The translations under genes were made by a program, and so were the position numbers. A stretch of DNA of 63,944 bases, the filler included, from Folioceros fuciformis (taxonomy: Eukaryota): assembly GCA_049999805.1 (NCBI GenBank). It is 8 parts of 8 records of this genome, joined end to end, with 100 filler letters (N's around TTAATTAATTAA, not from the genome) between each part and the next. Parts side by side here need not be neighbours in the genome. Positions count along the whole stretch, not along the records: positions 44,436 to 49,833 come from JBNGIO010001474.1; positions 49,934 to 61,995 come from JBNGIO010001475.1; 6 more parts are not named here. The stretch is one strand, 5' to 3'. The notes beneath the pieces were generated by a model. The model had not been told where the DNA came from. It did no database searches and saw nothing but the letters and a program-made list of their open reading frames with translations. This document shows positions 47,910 through 60,590 of the stretch, piece by piece; position 1 is the stretch's first letter, and each line of letters starts with the position of its first letter.

Positions 47910-49833
47910 TTACTGATCGACCGCTGATTGATCGGGAGGGTTGAGAGGAGGCGACCTGTAGTAGGATGGCACAATGTACGGGAAAAACATCTTCCTCACA
48001 CCTTCGGCTTTGATGATGGGAAAGATGATGTTCGATGCCCCCTGCAATAACCGCCCATTTAGCGTTGGCTGCATAAGTGTAAATGTTGGCTGAACCAGCA
48101 TTGAAATTGCGAGTCACTTGAAAGCTTACTTGAATCAGTCGAACTCCAATCCAAATCCTCTTGGGAGATGGAAAAGGCAAGAGTAGGCGTCCCACACCGT
48201 ATATTGCAACTGCGAAGAAATGGAGAACCAGGCTCAAGGGCCGAGGATTCAGCCCTGATAGTAGTGCAACTGGGCCACTTGAGAACACGCCCCCCAAGGA
48301 CAAGTAGTCAAAACAAGCCTGTCGCATCTCTTTCATTGCTTGATCTGGAGAATCGCAGAAAACCTTGTACAAGGCGCCTGCTAGTGTGTTGATAGTTGAT
48401 GCCACGGGCTGCAACAAGAGGACACATACCAGTAAAGATCCAGCTGTCCACTAGTAGAACATACTGCACTCGACAGACGACACGATCGAGCAATAAAAGA
48501 CAAGACTGACAGGGGAGGAGACATGGTGCGAAGAAAGACTACCTTGCGTCTGATGTAAAACGCTTGGACATACTCGCAAAGAGCACGTGCATCCTGGAAG
48601 TTCTTCAAAGGCCTCAACATATCCCGCAGCAACACGATGTCCGAGAGAGCCACTGTCATTCCCCCTCCCGTCAGAGGATGTCGCATGTTAAAGGCATCCC
48701 CCATTAAGAGGGCTCCAGGTCTGGGTATCGGAAGGGCAGGCATGCTCTTATTTGGCATGGTACGAATATTCCCGCTCTCCACTGCTGCGAGAAAAGAGTC
48801 CTGCAACTGCTTCGGAAGCTGCACACAGGAGGTGTCAGCTCTACTGCACTCTCAACAGACTCTTACCGCACCAGACTCCCTTGCATTGAAACAGAGCACA
48901 GAGATATTGCTGGCAACAGCATACCTGTGGAGCCACAACGGTCTTCAAATAATGAGCCATGTCTCCAGTAGCAATTGATGGCACCTTCTGCCCTGGGACA
49001 TCTACTAAACACCGGATCTCTGTGTTACTGATAGGGTAGAAGAGTATCGGGGACGGATCAGCAAGGACGACATGGCCATGATTTGCATAAGGGAGGTCGC
49101 AGTTCTCCAGCACCAACCCCACAAAGGATGAGGGGACCTCAACCTGTTAACGAGAGGGTTAGTTTTGGCCAGCCCAGCTTCCGACAGGAGAAGCAGAAAC
49201 TGTTTACCAGCCCTAACACAGGTCTTTGTACCTTCGGTGAACACAACTTTCGTCGGAGATTTGAAAAGCAACCATCACAAACGAAAGTAAGGGCAGCATA
49301 CGCCTCCTCTTCTCTTGCTGCAGATCTGTACCGAATTCCTTTAACAACAGAATCTTCCTCGATGAGAGATAACACAGTTCCCTGTTTGAGCTGCACTCTG
49401 CAAAACACGCATCCTTTGGCATCAGGAACCAAAAAAGCTTGAAGGCGTGTTGTGTTTTTGCATCGTGTTGTGTTTCTGCATAGCAACGCTTACGTACGTT
49501 GGCAATGCAGCCGCCTTTTCCCGCATTTTTTGAATGAATCGGCCATTGTGAAAGCTACGACCCGCAAGGTCAGCACTGTAACCATTCAGAGGATATCCAA
49601 CCTTTGCATCCCTGCCCTGCTTGAACAATGCATAACCGAGAACTCTCTGCGCCTCAATCCCTTCAAGACAGTCTGAAAAAATGTTGGACAACAGGAGTCA
49701 GCTAGTCGTGACCGGGCGCCGAACACTTCCACGTGGCAGACCGTACATACCTTCCAGACCTAACTCTAAAACCTTCAGGTACCCTCCAGGCTGAAGAAGC
49801 TCTCCGACGATGCGATCTGGCTCAGACAGATCC
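47910..49833 (-). CDS. SQE: Squalene epoxidase (squalene monooxygenase), multi-exon, 5' partial
   Basis: EPDRIVGELLQPGGY, GRSFHNGRFIQKMR, CDGCFSNLR, GDAFNMRHPLTGGGMTVALSD, PVASTINTLAGALY, IIFPIIKAEGVRKMFFP. Confidence 0.97.
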
Positions 49834-49933
49834 NNNNNNNNNNNNNNNNNNNNNNNNNNNNNNNNNNNNNNNNNNNNTTAATTAATTAANNNNNNNNNNN
49901 NNNNNNNNNNNNNNNNNNNNNNNNNNNNNNNNN
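49834..49933. other. Artificial contig linker
   Basis: 44 N + TTAATTAATTAA + 44 N. Confidence 0.98.
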
Positions 49934-52784
49934 AGTGATGAGCGTTACATCATCAGCAAAGGCAGAGGACGCAGATGCAGAGCTTGCTATTAAAATACAA
50001 ATAAGCAGGCTTGGTACGGCTGCGCAGGCTGGCTGCTCATTTGATTGGAGTCGGCGTTCGTTCGTAATCAAAGCGGGATCAACATTGGATGCCACAGTCC
50101 CGTCTGTCAGACTCGGTCAATACAATCCCCAAAGGCAACTCAGTCAAAGCCGAAGACCCGGGAGCCGCAGCTCAGTTGGCGCCAAGCAAAGGATGAGAAT
50201 GCAGGGGAGAAGTGTGAAGCTCCTGTTTGCCGAACGATCAATGTGGCTTCTCAGATCCCGGTGATCTCTCACCACGTATGCACTTTGCGCAGGTTTAAGA
50301 TTCGGCGCCCAGTTTCCTGGAAATCTGCTCTGCTCTGCTGTGTTGTCCAGCAGGTTGATCACACATGTGATTCATCATACACTGAAAGGGCAGCCACCAC
50401 ACTGAAGGTGTGCCATAGGTACGACCATTTCCAAACCGAAAGTGTGACAAGGAGGTGCTATACTCGCCCCAACAGTGAGAAGCTGATGGTCAGCAGATGT
50501 ACACATACACCCAACTCAACGCCAGGGGACTTGTTTTGGTACAAACATCCTGGTGCACCCAACAATATCACGCCCTCACACAACCGGCTCGGGGGCAGCA
50601 GAAAAGCAAAGGTGCAGCTCAGAACAGGCTACAACTGTAGGCTGTGGCTCCAGCTCTGGCTCTGGCTGCGTGTGTAGCCACACTTTAAGAAGAAAAAGTC
50701 GCGTTGGACACACCACCAGTCTGTCGCCACAGGCACAGACTAGAGAGGGAAAAAAAAGAAAAAGGGAAAAAAAGGACTTGTTGGATGCATCCTGCACACC
50801 ACCACCATGCAAGCCCTGTGATGCAGCCTTGAACGCCCACTCACACTTATGAGAGTCCTATGCATCGGACTGCAGCGGTGCCATCTGCGTGTCTCCCTGA
50901 CCCATGCAGCAGTCCCATTCTCGGCAGCTTTAGCGTTTGGCCCACCCGCCAATGCCAGAGCCATTACATCACCTCCCCCGATCCCAGGCTGCTCTCCAAA
51001 GCTGCAGCCAATACCAAGCTCGGGACTAGAATCTGGGGCCTGCTGCCCCGCTGCCATTGGCCCACCGCCAGCCACAAGTAGTTACCACCGTGGAGAACCG
51101 TAGCACGAGCATACATATGTTGCAGCACATACAACTGTACACCCACACTAGCACACAGGATGGAGGCAGTCCCAACTTGTGTCTGTCGGGCTTGGAGCGA
51201 CTGCAGGCACGTGCTCCTGCATGCCTTGCAGCCCTGCCCTGTCTCTCTCACCCTAACCCCTGTACCCCGATGTCACCAAATTGGCATCCTGTACAGAGTA
51301 TGCACCCATCTCCTGTCGCTGCACGCGAAGCCCCTTACATTTTCAGACAAACAACCGAGGTCATCCTCCCTCACCACCTCCTCCGTCCGCCTGACAGTTG
51401 TCCAAACTTAGCCCCGCTCCTGCTCCTGCCAGATGTGAGAGGCTGCCATGTCCAGGTCACACCAGCCAAGCCTCCACCCAACTCTTGAACCCCCACACGA
51501 CAGCCCACCAGCCTACACATGTTCCCACTGGCGGCATGGCCTGCCCCCCATTTCAAACAGTTGGCATCATGACAGCATCGAACTCGCCTGCATACAGTAC
51601 CATCTCCCGTCTCTCTCTGATCTCGCAGCACAAAGCTTGGTTTGCAGGCCGGGCCCGCATCCCGCTGCTGCCCTTCGACAGCTCCTGCAAAGGCTTTGAT
51701 GGCTCCCCACGACCTGTGGTAGACTGCCGGGCCCGCTTCTCTCTGCCTCCACCACCAGATGGCGCTGTCAGCGGCTACCACGCCGCTGGTGGCGCTCACC
51801 CTGTCGGCCACCATCTTCCGCTCTTCCAGTACACTGTCAGTCTCACGCTTCCCTGCTTTCAGGGGCACGTCACTTCCCTTCCCTTCATCTCCCATTCCCT
51901 TCCTACATCACCAACACCATTAGGGCTTAAGCTCCTTAAGCTGTGAAAACGGTTCCCCACACCGAGCACAATCCTTGATTTCTCCTCCCCATCTTCTGTC
52001 CTCTCAGGCCCTGCCCCGTTCCAAGCTCTCAAGGAGCAAGCAAGACCTTGTGTCCACATCATCGTTGCGCAGATCTATCAAGATCTCATTCCAAGCCCAA
52101 AGCCTCAACGCAGGAGACCACACATTGGAAGAGGGCCAATTCCCCCAAACACAGAATGACCGTCATTTCATCGTTCTCCAAAGAGTTGATCGTAAAACCC
52201 TAGCTTCCAGGTTCCTTCACCAGATCGGCTTCCTCCTGTGACGTCTCTGCGTGACCTTACCTTACCCGCTCGTATCATGCACTCCATGAAGATGGCCCCA
52301 ACGTCTCGCCCTGCACTTGGTACGGCGTCGAGCTGTGACTCCCGATGGCTGGAACAGTCGGGAGCCGTGTGAGGCCGGGAGATGTTAAACCCTTTGTTTA
52401 TTCAGTCCGGGTACTGTACATACGTGGTAATGGGGGAAGTGCATCCCCTTAGAGGCTCGGATCTAATCCCTTCAAGCTTCTCCGCCACAGTTGGCGGGCA
52501 GACAGGAAAGGAAAAAGACGCGCGGAGACAGCAGACAGAGCGGGAGATGCGCGCGTGAAGGTGAGGTCACGACCTGATGCTGGTTGCGGCGCGGCGACAT
52601 GGAACGGAACGGGCCCTTACGTGACGGGACGGGGCGCGACGGGGCTACACGCCATGTTAGCGATTGGAGCGACCCGGCACGCTCTCATCATGCCTCGCCT
52701 CGGGCCGCCAGGGCCCCTCGTTCCTTATCCGCCGATGCATTTCCATCGCTTCTTTCCAATACACAGCTCCATAGTCTAGTCTCC

Positions 52785-53240
52785 TTTTTTATATTTAAAT
52801 TATTTGAATCTCTTACACAAGATACATTGCATGCCTCGCATTTAAATTATTGATACACGGTTCAAATTTACTCCAAATAGAAAGAAACAGAAACATTATT
52901 GCATTGTATTCAGGATAGGCAGCATGACGAACGCCTCAAGTGGTAAATTTTAGGTGCTATTGGTAGTCATTAAGTTTTAGGGGTTAGCTCTAAACCCTAA
53001 ACCTTCCTAGTGTCCATCTTTTATATTCTGCATTTTTATATTTAAATTATTTGAATTAGTAATCCACAGTTCAAATTTACTCTCAATTGAAAAAAACATT
53101 ATTGCATTATATTCAGGATAGGCAGCATCACGAACGCCTCAAGTGGTAAATTTTAGGTGCTATTGGTAGTCATTAAATTTTAGGGGTTAAGGTTTAGGGT
53201 TTAGGGACACCCTAAACCTTAACATTAAACCCTCCTAGTA
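52785..53240. repeat. Direct duplication of an AT-rich unit of about 200-250 bp, each copy ending in telomere-motif inverted repeats
   Basis: CAGGATAGGCAGCAT.ACGAACGCCTCAAGTGGTAAATTTTAGGTGCTATTGGTAGTCATTAA occurs at 52911 and 53114. Confidence 0.9.
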
Positions 53241-53643
53241 TTCCTATCATGGTTTATCTCCCTCTCTCTCTAGGTGTAATTGTAGATAGTTTTTTTATCT
53301 TATTTTTTAAAATAAATAAAATAATTGAACATTGTATACATCATTATCCCACCTTTTCATAGTGTGGTCTTGGTGAGGTTGAATGATTCTGCTCTCTTGA
53401 TTCACTCTCATAATGTTTCTCTTTTATTATTAAAAATTGATATATTAAATTTTAATTTTATAGGGTTTAGGAAAAAGACTACTTGTACCATAACCGTACT
53501 AAAGAATACCAAGAAAGGCTTACAAGACCCATAAAAGATGTCCTTGTAGCTAGAGCTCTCATGTCCGAAACTTTGTGGGCGTCACTTGTTGGGCTGGCCT
53601 TTTAGGCCGTTAAGCTGCTCACAATACAATATTGCTAGGGCAA

Positions 53644-53682
<39 letters not shown>
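53644..53682. repeat. (AT)n microsatellite
   Basis: Seen directly in the sequence. Confidence 0.95.
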
Positions 53683-53685
<3 letters not shown>

Positions 53686-54632
53686 GTATTTCTGAGGATA
53701 TATTAAGAAAGAAATATTTATTGAAGTACCTGGAGCGTTCAAAAATGGATGCTAGGGCTAGCCTTGCTGGGCCCCTAATAGTACACCAAATGTGGGTACA
53801 GGCAGGGACAGAGGCAACAGCAGATGCAGAGGCAGAGGCAGATGAAGGCTGAAAAAAGCGGGTGCCATGGGCGCACATGGCCCACTCTTTGAGAGTGCAA
53901 AGCAAAAACCCAAAGCGGGCTGCAGACGTGCCACATGACCAGCGAGGCAAAAGGCAGGCACGCATGCAGGCAAGCAGGCAGTCAGGCAGGCAGCGGACCG
54001 CGCTTCGAGACGAGACTCACGCGTGCTTCGGGACTCTCGCATTTATTTCCTTTTTTCTGCCGCATTTTCTCGGTCGGTCTATTTTAGACGGCGGGTGTCG
54101 CGTCGCTTATGCCGCCAGTTTCCGCTTCTCCCACTCCTCCTCCCTTCGCTTCTCCCGGGCGCACCGCACCGCAAGGAAAGCAAAGGCCAGCCCAGGCGAG
54201 CCCAGGTACCCGCGGCCGCTTCGTCCGCGCTCAGTCAGTCACTCAGTCCCATTGTTGCTCTCTGATCCGCAAATTTCGTCCCCGCCACTTTGCGCGCATT
54301 GCGGAGCATGCCGCAGGTGGTGATATTTCCGCAACTGCTCACTCTCGCCACGGCGCGCTGGCTGTGCGCTCCAGATCTGTGATCGCATCCCTGTGCCTGC
54401 GGTTTGGAATGCGGAGAGTGTGAGGACTAGAGGACGGGTTTGTTTTTTGCCTCCCGGTGACATGCGGGGCAGGGGAATGCTGCATTTTTCTTTTCCTTGC
54501 AACTGGAGTGAGGAAGGATCGGCGGAGTCTGTCGTCGCGCGGTGATGGAGGCGGAAAGATTGGTTGGGTTAGGTGTGTGTTGCTGAATCGGGCTTGCACT
54601 GTACGTCTGTGTCTCCGAGTTTGTGCGATAAG

Positions 54633-56757
54633 ATGTTCGGCTCCGGGAGGCGGCAGCAGAGTGGAGTGTCCAAGCCTCTCAGAGGACTGCAGATTGGATT
54701 CCCTCGATTCACCGAGGATTTCGTTTCGCCGTCTTCCACGGAGGGGGGGCGTCAGTGTGAGTTTCACGTGTCCCGGTCCTCGGACTTCTTTGGTGCGATC
54801 GAGGGAGAGGAGTCCGACCTTCCTGCTCTGCCTTTCATGGCGCTTGGAAATCCTGCTGCCCGCGGCAAAAATTGCAAGGCTGTGGTGAACCTTGCCAAGG
54901 GGAGGGCTGCGTCCAAGGTCTTCAGCCTTACTGACGGCGAGGGGGACGTTTCACCAATTCCGGATGAGGATCTGATGTCTACCACGGAGTCTGAGCGATC
55001 TTATGTGAACAGAGTTGCGCAGGTAACACTCGCTCTCCGTTATACGTACGTACGTCTTCCACCTCGTAGTAATGTGTGAGCTGGCGTGTGCGTGCCACAC
55101 TCCCTGTTTCGTTGCACACTTTGGCATGGAGTGTGCCTTGTCTGATGCAAACTCGCGATTCTCATTTCCCTTGCAGGTGAAAGCCCTGGCTATGAGGAAG
55201 GAAAAAATGGAAGGGTCCGGATCACGGGATCTCTCGAGCCTGGACCCACACAAGTTTCTGCTCATGAACAGCACTGAAACTGACTATTGTCTCGGGGGGA
55301 CGACCAGGAGAGGAGAAGCCAGCATTCTGTCCCACGACACACACAGTTACATGGAGAGTCCACGGCAGACGTCCGAAGAACTGTACCCCCCCAAATCGGG
55401 CAGTAGCACGCGGTTCAGTGTGCAGTCGTGGAGGAAGGGAAAGAAGGCCGCCCCGCTGGTGGATTTCGCGAAGTGCGCATTCAGCTGCGCCGGGAACATG
55501 AGGTCCTTCCGAACTGTTGAGGCATTGCCGCGGCAGCCCGGTAGTCCTGAATCTCAGGCTAAGGATGAGTATGAGGACTCACTGTACTCTGAATGTAAGA
55601 GCTGGAATGGTGAGAGCAGGTCGAGTAGTGGCAACGGCTTGAAGAGGTCGGTGCAGAAGCTTTACAGCAAACTGCGAGCGGCGCAGATGACGAGCGAGTC
55701 TCCCAGATCTGGGACGAACTCGCCGTCCGGTCCGATGGGAGAGGTGTTGGATGCGGAGTGGAAGAGGTTGGCTTTGGAACAGAACGAGCGCATGACTAGC
55801 ATGCTAGACATGCTCAGGGGCATTGCCACCAAGTTGGAAGGTATAGCCTCTAAAGACAGTACACAAGATGCGCAACAGAGATTGTACCAGTCTGGCAAGG
55901 CTTTGTCATCTTGTACTGGGAAACAAGCAGATAGAAGTGCCTCTGGTAGGGATATGATCTGGGACCAGAAAGAGGCGTCCTTAAACCCAAGCGACAAGCA
56001 TGGGAAGAGCGGCAGGATTCGGCCTCGGCAAACCGGGCCATCTCTGCTCATTTTGGACAGTTGTGCCAAGGGCGCCAGAGCTTTTCTCCGGAGCTTTGCC
56101 GAGTTGCTGAGAAAGGAGACCAATGACGTGACGCAGAGGAATCTCTTGTTCGGAGAACTCTTGCCCCATGTTCAGTTTGTGAAACCCTGGCATCTGCGGT
56201 ACGGCCTGGAGGCGTTTGTGTGTGGATTGTTTTTTGCTAATTTTCAAAAGGCAGGCTTTGGGATGCTGGAAGGGCTGCCTGAAGAGATGATGCTGAATGC
56301 GGAGGAGTATTGGGTACAATATCAACTCCTGGGAGCCATGGAGCCCAGGGACGCAACTGACAGAGACAACGTCAACTATGATGCGGGCTTTCATGCCTTT
56401 TGCGAGGTGAACCTCCAAGTCATTCAGGAGAGAGTTCATTGGATTCGTGAGTGGTCGAACGAGCTTCTGGATGCCTTCCTGAATTCGGCGAAGGCCGTTT
56501 GGCGTCTACACATGCTCGCCTTCTCCTTCGCCACTCCTGCCCAACTGATACTGGCCGCTCCAGCACAGGCTTTCAACTCAGAGGAGATGGAGCCAGTAGA
56601 TGACGCCGATGGATTGATCATGGATGCAAAGGCCTTCTCCTCCGACGTAGAGCTAACAGTCATGCCTGGCTTCCGAATTCCAGAGGGTGGTATCATAAAG
56701 TGCATAGTGTACTTCAAACCCAAGTCTGCAAGAACAGACAAGAGGAGGAATTTGTAA
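54633..56757 (+). CDS. IRK-interacting protein / GIL1-family protein, 2 exons (54633-55022, 55177-56757)
   Basis: C-terminal FHAFCE...W.REWSNELLDAFLNSAKAVWRLHMLAFSF...F....ME...TVMPGFRI....IKCIVY matches the IRKI/GIL1 C-domain pattern; phase-0 GT-AG intron. Confidence 0.8.
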
Positions 56758-58844
56758 GTGTAGGATCCCGGCATGTACCATAGAGGCATCTCCATCCTTC
56801 CTAGCGTAGAAATGACACTGAAACATGAAGGACCCTGGAGGATGTCCAGCCTAGTAATTAATTGTACAGCTTCTAATTTCTATTACAATCGATTCTAGTC
56901 GCCCAGCTGATTCCATGACTTGACGACTTCGAAGAAGTCGAGTCCCTTGTAGGCGTCCGAGACCGGATATGAATCTCCATCGCCTCAGATAAAATTAGAG
57001 CTCTATTTGTACTGGGGAGCGGAGGTACCGGCAGAGAAAGAATCGCACATGTACGCAAGTGCCGCGTTGGGGTCACTCCGATGCCATGCCCCAGGAATCC
57101 GATAAAATACCCCTGCCCCTTTCTGTCATATCATGGGCTAGCCTAGGGTTAGGGTCACGACGGCCAGGAATGGGGCATCTTCGAAAGTTGGGCCACCACA
57201 TCTTGTTTGAAATGAGCGTCTCAATCATAGCCTCGGGCAGCCCCTAGAATATACGGATAAGCACTGTAGTGCGGGACCGTCGGAGTTCCTTGTTGCCCTT
57301 CTTGCCTGCACATTATTCTATTGATCCGGTCTCTGTGGCACCCAGCGCCTTGAGAGTTCAAGTTCAAGCACCTCCACTCCGCCACAATCACAAGAACTAT
57401 TTATAGGATACCAGGTCAGATGTCAGACAAAACCTTCACTTGGCTGTCTCTTGTCTCGGGAAAACCACTCCTATACCATGCCACTGACGCCATGCCATGT
57501 TTTCACGAGACAGTTACAAGCAGGCCGTGGTGTGGAAGAACAATCCAATCCAGTCCAATTCATTTCCCTCTCAAACGAGACGACCAGGCTTGGCTCGGCT
57601 TGGCTTGCCCTTCCGGGTCTTCCAAGTGCCGGTGAACTGGCTGCGTGGACAAAAACATAATAGGGATGGTGACAGCAGTACTGTATCTGGTTGGTGACTC
57701 GCTGATTCTCAAGAGGGAAATCAGGAACGTAGTCTAGGATAGGTTCTACATCTTCATTTTTTGTGCTGCAACCTTCATGCTTTCCCGACTACATTGATGA
57801 GAGCGAAGAGGCTGCTCCCACGCCCACCTCTTCACTTCACCCTACTTGTGGTACTCTCAACCTTGACGCCTTTCCCGGAGCATCCCCCGTGACCTCCAAG
57901 GAGCTGTACGTGTCTCTAATCAGTGACATATGTTTCCTTGTAAGAGATGCTACCACAGGACTGTCACATATGCGGTGTGATTCCCCCTTGCTCCGAATTC
58001 TTTTCCGTAACCCTGTCTCATACATATTGTGAAAACACGAAGGAACCTTCATGATCGACGAGAGCCACGAGCCAAATGCCAAGAAGGCACATGCGTTGTC
58101 AGCAGGTACACTGCCAAAAGCATCCAGCAAGCTTGGACGGTCACTGATCGGCCTCCGAAACGCTTCGTCTTTGAAACCGGAGGTACACCGGTTTCGACTG
58201 CAGCCACAGACTTTGAGATCAAGTCTTGAGGGTGTGGTGAAGCTCGAGAAACGGAGAACCCTTGTACAGCGGACCGAAAGTCGAGTTGGTATGACTGCCT
58301 TCGAGGCTCGGGAACATCAATGAGGCCTTTTCGGGCTCAAGAGCGTCCATGAGACTTGTGGGTTATGTCACATCCGTCAGGCCTTTGATTATTGGGAGTA
58401 TGGATGTCATACACTACTATGAGATCATTGCCATATGATACCTTCATAGTTGGGGTAGATAGGTTTCTATCTTATCATTCTTCAGAAATGGAAATTATTT
58501 GCTCTCATAAGCTAGAAGGTAGGTCAAGATCTTTTGATTAGTTCTAAAGAATGTTTTTTTTAATTATAAGATGTATTTCTATTTTAACCGCAAAGTAATC
58601 GCTTTGTTAACACTGGTGGTAGAATCTGAAGACTTTATAGGAAAGAAAAAAAAGATGAAAGTTTCATCTACCCCGTGACAAGGAGAACAATTTGCAATGA
58701 GGAAATGTCAAGAATGAGGTCCTAGCCCCCTCGTCCATCTAGCCTATAACTCCCTATCGCCCACCAACATGTCGTATTCAGGTATAATGTATGGCCTACT
58801 TAGCATCGGGTTCGTTCAAGCCACATCCGCCGTGCTTGATCTTT

Positions 58845-59490
58845 TCCAAAAAATTGAGTTTGCTAAGGCCCTTTGTAGTGCAATCAAAACCCGTTGCCGG
58901 AAAATGCCTCCACGCCGGATAGGGAAAGCCCTACGCCGCTCCTCCTAATGTGATGGACCTTCGCGTGGGTCTTCAAAAACCTAGAAAAATCCTTACACTT
59001 GTCCCCATGCGTTTCAACAGCAAGGGGGATGAACAAGTAACCCTCCTCCATGGGCCTGTACTTGCAAGTCTTCCTTGTCATGCTTCCTTCTACTGCCCAA
59101 CCCCGAGGGGGTTGATAGTAACATGCTTGCTGATGGTTGTCCAAGTCGGATCTATGCCAACCACACCCATTATAGAAACCTAGTCTGCAATGAGGGAGAT
59201 GTTGTTGAGTAGGGTAAATTGGCGCTCCAGGGGAAGAAACCACCCTCCTTAGCTAAAGAAAATATAACATGGGCACTCCTAGAGGAAGAAACCACCCTCC
59301 TTAGCTAACCTCCTTAGCTAAAGAAAATATAACATGGGCATTCCTTGCAAGGGAAGAAACCACCCTCCTTGGCTAAAGAAAATATAACATCCCTTACTAC
59401 ATTATGGGTGGCGATGCGTTGCCCACCAATAGGGCAACGCGCCAGGTGGATCCTAGGGTCGTGAGGGGACCCCACAACTACAAGAAGAGA
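58845..59490 (-). mobile_element. 3' relic of an RLE-type (CRE/NeSL/R2-group) non-LTR retrotransposon
   Basis: Across frameshifts: CSCG...D..IHLARCPIGGQRIATHNVVRD (zinc knuckle), RKTCKY, FIPLAVETHG and IALQRALANSIF. Internal direct repeats at about 59232-59388. Confidence 0.72.
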
Positions 59491-60101
59491 GAGACCACGC
59501 TTCTTATCTTTAAAATAGATGAGACTTTCCATTATTCTTCTTATCTTTATAATAGATGAGACTTTCCATCTCCTTTTTCAATAATAGAAAGTAATATTTC
59601 TTTTTTGATATGAAATAATAACTGTACGTATGAATAGAACTTAAAGAACATTATGAAACATAAACCATGAAGAAATTGGAGATTATTATTTCATTTCTTT
59701 TTTCATTATGTTCTTTGTAGCACAAAATCAAGATCTTTTTCCTTATATAAAATTATACAGAGTATTTTATTTAAAAGAGATAGCAAATCCCATTTGTACT
59801 CTACCCTAGACAAGAGGCTAAAGAACCCATAATGTCTTAAAGCCAAAAAAGAGGCTAGGCCCCCACAAATACTAGTAAGTATAAGATAATGCACTAGTAC
59901 TTTGACTCATGAATACTTAGTCCCATAAGTACAAGAAAATGCACTAGTAATATGGCTCATGAGAATCTTCAATGAGAAACCTATTTCCGATACAGAGGAA
60001 CTAGGGTTTAGTGGCAAACGGACATAGATAGGAATCTTTATCTTGGAAAAACGATGGAAAATTCATCTACCCCAAGACTATAGGGAACAACCTTTCACAT
60101 A

Positions 60102-60590
60102 CACTAACCCTTTGTTGTCACTAATTATACAGCTTCTTATTGCACCTAGAATTTCAAAGTTTAAGGTACTAAAGGCCTACCTACCCCAATACGAAAGATG
60201 TTGTTTAACTTGCACTTGCCATTACTAACCCTTTTGTTATCACTAATCATATAGCTTCCTATTTCATCTAAAATTTCAAAGTTCAAGATACTAAAGGCCT
60301 ACCTACTCCAATACGAAAGATGTTGTTTAACTTGCACTTGTCGTCACTAACCCTTTTATTATCACTAATCGTATAACTTCCTATTGCACATAGAATTTCA
60401 AAGTTCAAGATGCTAAAGGTCTCCCTATCCCAATACAAAAGATGTTGTTTAACTTGCACTAGCCGTCACTAACCCTTTTGTTATCACTAATCATATAGCT
60501 TCCTATTGCACATAGAATTTCAAAGTTCAAGATGCTAAAGGCCTCCCTACCCCAATACAAAAGATGTTGTTTAACTTGCACTTGCCGTCA
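60102..60590. repeat. Tandem repeat, 4 x about 122 bp
   Basis: Units start at 60102, 60223, 60345, 60467. Confidence 0.95.

Noticed and set aside
45237..49833. Triterpene biosynthetic gene cluster around squalene epoxidase
   Set aside because: The only linked gene seen is the housekeeping PTH2; no cyclase or P450 is present, and the contig is short.
57000..58400. Gene downstream of the IRKI-like locus
   Set aside because: Only ORFs under 100 aa with no recognisable domain or consistent exon chain.
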